DNA of 64,000 nt from Glycera tridactyla. Lineage: Eukaryota. Of this stretch, positions 38,341-47,084 are shown one piece after another; positions within the stretch are counted from its first letter, which is position 1; each line of letters begins with the position of its first letter. The position numbers and the translations under genes were made by a program. The notes under the pieces are model-generated. The model did no database searches. It was not told the DNA's origin and saw only the letters and a list, made by a program, of their open reading frames with translations. The stretch is taken from positions 8,680,001-8,744,000 of the forward strand of contig OZ286476.1 in NCBI GenBank assembly GCA_965644265.1. The letters run 5' to 3'.

Positions 38341-40449
38341 CGCTGGACATATTGCTACTGGTAACAATGCAGGTACTATACATTTTCACAGCTTGGTATA
38401 TACTAGATGTATCGCCTATCTTGTAGCCAGACAATGTCTACCAATTTTATTGCACTTGTTGATGTTTACTGCCTAAATTTTGGATCCACCCTGATTCACC
38501 TTCATTCCTACCAGTTTGTCTTACTATAATCTCACACACCAACCACTGAGATATTTTCTAAGTCAATCTCATGCTCAGGATGAAGAGAAACAAGACTTCA
38601 CCCATCCTCTCACTGAAAACAGTTAAACACCCCTCTGTGTGTTGTTCATCTTTTTGTCATCCACCTTGTATCATTTCACTCGATAGCACTCAACCATGGA
38701 TCACGCTTTGTTACTTTCTCTCTCTTTTTTTTTGTTCCTATATATTTCACCATCTAGTCACTGGCATGGAGGGAGTATGTTGTTCATCAAGTGAAAAGCT
38801 CTACTTATGTGCCATATAAGCACATGAGTTGAACCATGGTCGAATGCTGCATGGATAAAAATCTACAATCAAACAATTTACTAACACTTCCATTCGTGGA
38901 ATCTCAGTCCTGTGGATCGTTTCTCTGGAATCGTAATCTCTTTGTCACTCATGGATGATGTTGGAATCACAATTGAAGCATAGCTGCGCTAACTGTCCAG
39001 TGTTTATGTTATTGAGGATATGTTATTGGTCATACAACCGGCTTTTATTGGCAGTTATTGCGCTCTATTATTAGAGCTCATACACATGTGAAAGTGGTCC
39101 GATCTGACAAAGCTATGCAAAACTAGACAGAATAAAACATGCCATATGAACTAATGCCTAATCGGAGACTGGGGTGGTGTAATTTTAGACGCCATCTACC
39201 CTCGATGGGTAGATTTGTTGCTTGTCAGATTTCCCTCAGATATGGTGAACATGGCATGATATGGCATATCTAACTATATGTAATTGGTTGGAAGCTGACA
39301 CTCGAGCCTCATAGCAATCATAGTATTCGATACACTCTCACTCTAACATCATTTTACTATTCTATGTACAAGGTGTGATTACATTGATAGTTCTAATTGA
39401 TAAAGTCTCTCTTGAACCACTTTCGTCCCTGGCATGACACTTAATCCGCCTGTAGAATCATACATATCGTCACATAAATTAGCTTTCTTGGCATAGTTTG
39501 ATTGGGTGGTTGGGTTCCAATGGCATACTTCACCTCAAAGAATAATAATGATGACAGTACAATGTCATTAAACTCCCTAGTAAACCTAGTCGCACTGCTA
39601 GTAAAATGAGCAGGTGATTCTGATTCATGTGAATGATTTTGGACCAAATATTCTTGTTCTCGTAAAGACCATGTTCTATAAATAATACATACTACGCATG
39701 CTCCATGATTCTTAAGTCAATATTGAGGTAGGCTTCTTACACTGTCTAGATATATAAACATCGTGTACACTTGGTTAATTTCAAGGGGAATTCGATCTGA
39801 ACATAAGGAAACTGAACCAACTAGACCAGCTCATCACGTAAACTGAATTGAGCTTGAGGTACCATGTACACTTGGTTCATTCGAAAGTAACGTCGATCTA
39901 TACATGAGGAAAACTGATCAACTGTACCAGCTCATGGTGCAAAATTAATTGAGCTCGAGGTATGGTGTGACTATATAAGTCTTCAAACTACAAACTGAAC
40001 ATCAGGTTGCATGTATTGAAGACTGTTTATGAGATGGTGCTAGTTATAGCGCTTCCTGTGACGGTTTATAAGTTCATTGCGGTCCCAATGTACCATCTGA
40101 ACCATGCAAGGCTTCCTTCCTCCACATCTTCATGGCTTCTCTTCACTATTAATTTCCTCGTGATGTGGATCCTACTTCCAAACAACAGTATCTTGGCACA
40201 TTTTGGAAAATGTTCTCATATAGAGTTCTCAAACACTTGCATCTTCACCCATGAAAACTGTGCCAATGTTCCCAGTGAAGCTGCGCCCCCTGGATACTGA
40301 CAGACTATCTCATCGGACAAGTATTCTGATAGCTCTCCCAGTTCATACAGAGGAGTGGCATAACACTAGTGATTTTTGTATTCATACATCCACCAAAAAC
40401 AATTTTTCTACTCAATCCGAATATGCCGATATAAATTGCACATTTACTA

Positions 40450-40486
40450 ATTATCATATGACATGCGGAGCATGTCATATGATAAT
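40450..40486. other. Perfect inverted repeat: 17-bp stem with a 3-nt loop
   Basis: attatcatatgacatgc-gga-gcatgtcatatgataat. Confidence 0.9.
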
Positions 40487-41578
40487 GGCCAAATTGACAT
40501 GATACAACTGGTACTGATAAAATTATTGTATCAACCATTGGATGATACAAATCTGTATCTAACGCTCGCCTCTTGACGAGGGCCAGACTACTTCCGCGAA
40601 TGAAGCCCCCGCAAACACGAAACTATCAAGTCATGACGTCATAATCGAGGTCACAGGTAAACTGGCAGCGTCGCACATTCGACTACTACGTCACGGGAAT
40701 ANNNNNNNNNNNNNNNNNNNNNNNNNNNNNNNNNNNNNNNNNNNNNNNNNNNNNNNNNNNNNNNNNNNNNNNNNNNNNNNNNNNNNNNNNNNNNNNNNNN
40801 NNNNNNNNNNNNNNNNNNNNNNNNNNNNNNNNNNNNNNNNNNNNNNNNNNNNNNNNNNNNNNNNNNNNNNNNNNNNNNNNNNNNNNNNNNNNNNNNNNNN
40901 NNNNNNNNNNNNNNNNNNNNNNNNNNNNNNNNNNNNNNNNNNNNNNNNNNNNNNNNNNNNNNNNNNNNNNNCCTTACCGATTCCGAGCGCCTGTGATCAT
41001 CGGAAGCGACACAATTGGATTCGTTCACGTGAAATTGGAAGAATTATAGCTATCATCATCATTATCATTATCATTTTTTTTCATAATTATCAATAGTAGA
41101 AGTAGTATTGGTGAAAACAGTGAAATAGTGCCTAGGCCAAAGAGTTACAAGTATACAGATGCAGTTAAAGATCGCTAGATGTTCTCAGTCACACTCATTA
41201 CAAGCGTGTCCGTACTTCTGGCTTAGACATGCTTGATTCTAGATTCACAAACAGAAGACTTTTGTTAGCCAAAACTTGTTCATTAGCACTAATACTGATG
41301 ATATTTGCGATGAACACTCACCATTACACTTTTATCTGCATTCTATCACTAATATGTAGATATATACAGGATCGAATGGAAANNNNNNNNNNNNNNNNNN
41401 NNNNNNNNNNNNNNNNNNNNNNNNNNNNNNNNNNNNNNNNNNNNNNNNNNNNNNNNNNNNNNNNNNNNNNNNNNNNNNNNNNNNNNNNNNNNNNNNNNNN
41501 NNNNNNNNNNNNNNNNNNNNNNNNNNNNNNNNNNNNNNNNNNNNNNNNNNNNNNNNNNNNNNNNNNNNNNNNNNNNNN

Positions 41579-41694
41579 TTTCTTTCATTATCATTATTAT
41601 CATCATCATCATTATTACTGAAATCATCATTACTATTATCATAAATAGTGGTAGTAGTGTTAGTTGTAGTCGTGGTAGAGGTAGTAGTTGTAGC

Positions 41695-41732
<38 letters not shown>

Positions 41733-41745
41733 CAGTAGTAGTATC
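41579..41745. repeat. (CAT/TAT)n then (AGT)n microsatellite
   Basis: Visible directly. Confidence 0.9.
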
Positions 41746-42650
41746 AATACTCCAGGCAGCTGGTCGAGAAGCACAAGACCGGCCGCTGATGAACATCACA
41801 TTACAAACGCAAGACACTTGACGTGAGGAGTGACGGTGCTGGAACTCGGCAAAGACAAATACGTTAATATTGGTGTGAAAGCATCTCAAGTGTTGTGTTT
41901 ATCTGGGAAAGCATACATCTCTCGTCTCTGAAGTGAGCTGGTAGTAATGCAAAATGAGCATCCTGGACTCCATCAGCTCTGACATCTTGAACAGACGATG
42001 GTACAATAAGCAGCTACAGGGATACAACTTGCTCACAGACCACACTAGAATCACAGACATAACTGAAACATGTAGTGACTATATCAGCACAAATAGGGCA
42101 GACTTATACAAATACCATCAAGTGAGACCACATGGTGCTTCTTGCCATAATATGAAAGTGTAGTTAGACATTAGTTGAAAAGGTTAAAGAGGAGATCTGG
42201 ATAGGCATTTACCGTGGTTTTGGAGCCGCCATTTACCTGGCAGATGGTTAGTGAATTGTCGAATGTATCGATGAACATTTTACGAAAGTTGAATAATATC
42301 TTGGTTGATAATGGAATAGGCTTCAAAATAATGATCATCATGTAAATTCATATATATACTTCATATTGCAAGATGTCAGTGGACGTGAAAAGTTGGAAAG
42401 TCGGTGACAACCAATCTGATACATGAGTAAGACATCAGGGCAGGGAGAAATCAAGGCAAAGAGGCAGAGGAGAGTACAAATGTATGGTCTGCTTATCAGT
42501 GAGGTTCGTTTTCATTCAGCTTCTCAGACAATCACAAGATATCAGAAGTATTCACACACGGCACGTCACGGCATGGAGTAACAGCATTTGAAGAATCGCG
42601 GGAATTTTTCATCAGTATCGCATGAAATCGAGCTGCACGCCATAAGTCAG

Positions 42651-44864
42651 ATGCAAGGCTTTAGACAGTTTATTACGAGGAAGCTGAGCGATGGTGATTC
42701 GTGCCCGAAAACACTGGCAAACGTGAAAGAGAAGGTAATTGTGTCGACGACGGGCGATAAAGCAAGCTTACCGGAGACTTCTTGTAGCGCTTCATGCTCC
42801 ACCATGTCAAACGCTTTGAGGTCACCAACCGAAGCTCCAGAGAAGAAGAAATATCGTCAAGAATGCAATGAAACTGGATTAAGTGATACAATACCTGACG
42901 ATTCGCTTGATTCATTATTAATTGATTCTCGAGATGAAAGTACTGTCACATCACATACATTTGCAAATCAGAAATCTAGTACGCAAGAAAGCATGTTGAG
43001 TCCGCGACTTTCGAGACCGTGTGCTGCTTCGGCCTTCAGCGGGGATGAGTCACCCATTACCGGCGTGGAACGTCAACAAAGCCTAATTTGCGGTCTCGCA
43101 CAGATATATTCTCCCGACGAAAATTCGTGCAGCATTGCTGACAGTAATCGTGAGCATACAACCCAGACAGGTGATCGTGGATATAGTATACACTCAATGG
43201 CAGATGCGAGTACAGAGATTGAAACTGACTTTACCGTATCGTCACAACAACCTTTTGACATGGTATTACTACGTAAATCGATTAGAGAGGATATGTGTGA
43301 ACTTCGAGATGAAATGAAGGCAAATTTCATAAAAGACATTCGGAAAGAATTAATCAACGAACTCAAAGAGGAAATCAAGCAAGTAAGCACGGATGAAACG
43401 GAAAGAATGATTAGTAAAGAAGTAAAAGCGATTACGAAAACCAAGAGATTCCAAACTGAGCTGAAACAAGAAATTCAATCATCATTAAAGAACAAAGAAG
43501 AAATCAAGAAAATCTGTGATGAGCATGTAAAACGAGATACCCTACCTGTATGTAAAACACTCATTCAAGAAACCATGAAAGACACAGTTGTTTCTGAATT
43601 AAGGGAATATAGGAAAGAGTGGAGAAGTGAACTTACGAGTACTATAGAATATTCGTTAACAGTTTCTGATAGTACGGAAAGAAAACTGGAAGAACATGAC
43701 AACAATATTGGAAAGATGTCGGAAATTATAAGCATTCAAGCTAATGAGATTAAAAAACTCAAAGAAGACATGAAGGATCTTAGCTCAAATGCTTGTGCAG
43801 AAATTGAAGAGCTGAAGAAGGAATTGAAACAGCTGAAAGAAGAACTGAAAAGGCACCCAAACACTACACAGAACAATATAGAAATAGCCAGAGTTGAAAA
43901 GCTGGAAAAAGATGTGGAACAAATCAAGAAAAATGATAGATTGGTAGTACTGATATTTGATGGTCTACCATTTCGTGACAATATCTCGCTGCATGAACAG
44001 ATCGTGGGGATCATAAATGAATATACTGATTTAAATGTACACGAAAGACACATCATACAGGCTGTTCGATTTGGTCCCACGAAACCAGGGAAAGTACGTC
44101 CAGTTCGTATACGTTTTGTTGATCCAAACCTAAGGAAAGATCTTCTACAAAGAAAAGCCTTATTTCGTAAGTCTCCCATCTTCATCAGAGAACACTTAAC
44201 AGAAATTGAGAATGGGATTTTTCAGGAAGCGAGAAAAGCCAAGATAGAGAAACTACTTCACAATGTTTGGACCTCTCAGGGCCAAGTATTCATTTCGAGA
44301 AGCCCACAAGAACAGAAAATTGCAATACCAAGTGTAGAAAAGCTAAATGCAGTGCTGAAAAGCAAAAGAAAAGATGTCAGTGATCCTGACTACCAACCAA
44401 GGAGATTTTGGAGCAAAAATCCCAAACCCAATCCCATCGAAAAAGAAAACCCAATACCACCCAAGAAATTTCATGTAGAACAAGAAGAAAAAAGAATGGA
44501 CGTAGATGCACCAATTCAATTAGAATCAAGAAATGAGTCGACCAGTGAACGATTGAATAACTTGATAAATGAAACAAACAAACAACATGATTGGCGTGAA
44601 AGGAAAAAGAACCAACAAGGACCGGTTAGCAAAACCAATTGTGCTTTAGCGGTCGATTCAGGTCGCGAAAACACGCCCAACGCGGTCATGACATCGCGAA
44701 CATTGCCGGTAGAATCTGGGATCCCACTATCGAACGCATTCGCTGCTCTTAGCGAATCAATCGAGGCATATAACTCCAACATGGCGAAGTTAATTAGTGC
44801 TGTCAGGATAACAAATAGACTTGCAGGATATGTGGAACCGGTAAGATTATTGTCCGACTTGTGA
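42651..44864 (+). CDS. LINE ORF1 protein (disordered N-terminus, coiled coil, L1-type RRM and CTD), 737 aa from the first ATG
   Basis: Stop-free from 42582. E/K/L-rich heptad region, then LIFDGLP...RPVRIRF...IFIREHLT...VWTSQGQVFI, the pattern of L1/transposase-22-type ORF1 proteins. Confidence 0.85.
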   Translation: MQGFRQFITRKLSDGDSCPKTLANVKEKVIVSTTGDKASLPETSCSASCSTMSNALRSPTEAPEKKKYRQECNETGLSDTIPDDSLDSLLIDSRDESTVTSHTFANQKSSTQESMLSPRLSRPCAASAFSGDESPITGVERQQSLICGLAQIYSPDENSCSIADSNREHTTQTGDRGYSIHSMADASTEIETDFTVSSQQPFDMVLLRKSIREDMCELRDEMKANFIKDIRKELINELKEEIKQVSTDETERMISKEVKAITKTKRFQTELKQEIQSSLKNKEEIKKICDEHVKRDTLPVCKTLIQETMKDTVVSELREYRKEWRSELTSTIEYSLTVSDSTERKLEEHDNNIGKMSEIISIQANEIKKLKEDMKDLSSNACAEIEELKKELKQLKEELKRHPNTTQNNIEIARVEKLEKDVEQIKKNDRLVVLIFDGLPFRDNISLHEQIVGIINEYTDLNVHERHIIQAVRFGPTKPGKVRPVRIRFVDPNLRKDLLQRKALFRKSPIFIREHLTEIENGIFQEARKAKIEKLLHNVWTSQGQVFISRSPQEQKIAIPSVEKLNAVLKSKRKDVSDPDYQPRRFWSKNPKPNPIEKENPIPPKKFHVEQEEKRMDVDAPIQLESRNESTSERLNNLINETNKQHDWRERKKNQQGPVSKTNCALAVDSGRENTPNAVMTSRTLPVESGIPLSNAFAALSESIEAYNSNMAKLISAVRITNRLAGYVEPVRLLSDL

Positions 44865-45119
44865 TCATGCTTTATAACAAAATTATTTGTGAAAATTGCA
44901 ATTCATAATTCCGGTGTTGAAACCAGAGCCGAATTTCCTTACGGACTCCCGCGCAGTGACGTCATATAGAAGGATACCGGAAGTAAACATGGGAACACCC
45001 CCTGTCATTACAGCCACTTCTAGAAATGGATGAGCTCGTCAACGAATCCTGTTTTGATACCGGTTTTCTGTGTAATTAGGAGGTCCATCATAATAATCAA
45101 GATACATTTGTTATTGTAG
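44841..45119 (+). other. Predicted phase-0 GT-AG intron (279 nt) joining ORF1 to the esterase
   Basis: Donor CCG|GTAAGA at a codon boundary. Acceptor tttgttattgTAG|A. The interval holds four in-frame stops and the esterase frame opens exactly after the AG. Inference only. Confidence 0.6.
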
Positions 45120-46001
45120 ACTGATCGTGCGTCAAGGTTGAGACTTGCGAAGGAAAGGGTACAGATTCCCATTCATGATTGTCCGGTGATGCGAAGACGG
45201 AAGCGATTGCAGATGGAAAATCTACCTGAAGTGTTGGTCATCGGAGACAGTCATACACAGCACCTGGGTTGCTACGTCAAAGAATTACGTGAAGATGTGA
45301 GCATGAAATCTGTTCTGAAAACGTGGAAATTTAGGGGTATCAGTGGTTGCAATTGGATAGGATTGTATGATCAGCTACATGGTCGTTTTGGGTGTAATTT
45401 TAGAAAACGGAACAAATATGGAGATACGATACAGAGCTTGAAACTGGCTGGGGTTGATCCGAATTTTATCATCATCATAATTGGAAGTAATGATGTGGAT
45501 AATTATCACACCAGAGCAAAGCATATTATGCATCAAACCATGGATCCTATTACGAGAAATGCTGAACTTGCGAAAGAAAAATCATCAAGGTTTGCAGTGG
45601 TGAAAACAAAAATCCTTGATCTGTTGCGACAACTTAACAATCTCTATCCAAAATCCTCTGTTTACTTTGTCCCGATTTTCTGGCGTCCCGATTGGACAGA
45701 TGATACAAGAATGCTAGCCTTATGGATCGACAACTTCATTTCAATGTCAATTGGTGAAAATTTCGCTAAGAATGGCTTAAAGTCTCCACCACGAATGATC
45801 AACACACATAAGATGTATCTACGTCCATATCATCCGACTGGAAGCAACTCCAAGAAGAAGTATCGACCAAATCGATATGGTGATATCCTTAAGGGCATGA
45901 TCACAGCTGACAGAGTACATCTAAACAATTATGGGAAAAGAGCACTTTGTATGCAATTATTGGGACCAATCCTTGATGCATGGTTGGACAAGATGGGTTA
46001 A
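45120..46001 (+). CDS. SGNH/GDSL-family esterase (293 codons open after the acceptor; first ATG at 45189)
   Basis: All four SGNH blocks are present: VLVIGDSH (Ser 45249-45251), GISG, IIIGSND and DRVHL. Confidence 0.9.
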   Translation, partial: TDRASRLRLAKERVQIPIHDCPVMRRRKRLQMENLPEVLVIGDSHTQHLGCYVKELREDVSMKSVLKTWKFRGISGCNWIGLYDQLHGRFGCNFRKRNKYGDTIQSLKLAGVDPNFIIIIIGSNDVDNYHTRAKHIMHQTMDPITRNAELAKEKSSRFAVVKTKILDLLRQLNNLYPKSSVYFVPIFWRPDWTDDTRMLALWIDNFISMSIGENFAKNGLKSPPRMINTHKMYLRPYHPTGSNSKKKYRPNRYGDILKGMITADRVHLNNYGKRALCMQLLGPILDAWLDKMG

Positions 46002-47084
46002 CCATAAATATGCATAGAAGTCCTGTATCAAAAGGAATATAACCTGTCATATGGGAAGGTACTGAATATACACTCACATTAATTCATTTACCAGAATATG
46101 GAAGTTTTATGCTGCTGCTTCAGTATCTACTGGGTTGGCCTAATGATTTCCTGATGTACTGCTCTCTCCACTCAAAACTGTGGTCGAGTTGTTACTTCTG
46201 GGAATCATTGGGTTTTCTGAGTGGTGTATAGATCAGCAGCCTAATGGTCAAATTAAAAATTCCTGGTTGGGTTGACAGTGTTTATTTACATCATTGTGAA
46301 TGTTCATGAAGAAATTATTGAGATTTCTATTGGTAAATACCGCAGAATTTTAGATTTTAAATTTTCTGCCTTGTTTTTCTCCATGTAGGAAATGATAGAG
46401 GTTCTTGATCTAAATCCTGATTGTTGATTTGAATTTGTTTTGTTTCTGATTGAGCATATGGTATTGACTCCAACCTCGACTTCAACTTTGACTTTGAATT
46501 TAATTTTGATCCTGATCATCAACCTTAGCCTTTTTTGGTGAGTTATAAATCTATTTTATTTTCCAGCTCGATAGAAAATTTCATGAAAATTTTTGACTGA
46601 ATCTTGGAAGGAATTTATAAGTACAGGAAAGATTCTGTAAGTTCATCTGAACAAAGCCAGTGTATGGTGGGACATTGTATTTCCTATTTTATTTCATTTT
46701 ATTGGATTTTCACTGTATTATAACGACTGGATAAATCCCATGAGGTACAAAGTGATCAATCATGTCCTATGAAAATAGATCAGAAAAGAAATTGTTTGGA
46801 GAATTGAATATGCCTGGGGAGCCTGACACCACCCTAGATTAGATTATTTTATTTAATATGTTTGATATGTTTCTTCTCAGCTTTCTTGTTGTATTATTAT
46901 AACCAAGTGTTAATAGGAAACAGATGGATGTGTAACTAATCCATGGTCAAATAGTATATTTTCCCATTTGTGTATTGGTTGATTAAACGATTTAATATAT
47001 CTCAGGGCTGACAATACTGAGTTTGTCAATCTTAATTATATATTTGATTGTACTAACACGTGTGCTTCATCACCTAAAACTGAA

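Noticed and set aside
40450-40510. Helitron 3' end interpretation of the 17-bp hairpin
   Set aside because: No CTRR terminus ~10-12 nt downstream on either strand.
42233-42243. ttacctggcag, like the 5' end of U1 snRNA
   Set aside because: Only 11 nt match; the rest of U1 is absent.
42380-42560. Target-site duplication or defined 5' end for the full-length LINE
   Set aside because: No match to the 3' flank (gcgagcagcac) was found, so the boundary is left approximate.
43736-44185. Antisense ORFs within the LINE (also 43073-43444 and 48131-48634)
   Set aside because: These are F/L/S/I-rich shadows expected opposite A-rich coding DNA.
46460-46530. Coding-like hexamer run (DSNLDFNFDFEFNFDPD) in the LINE spacer
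   Set aside because: The frame is open for only ~24 codons and has no start codon.
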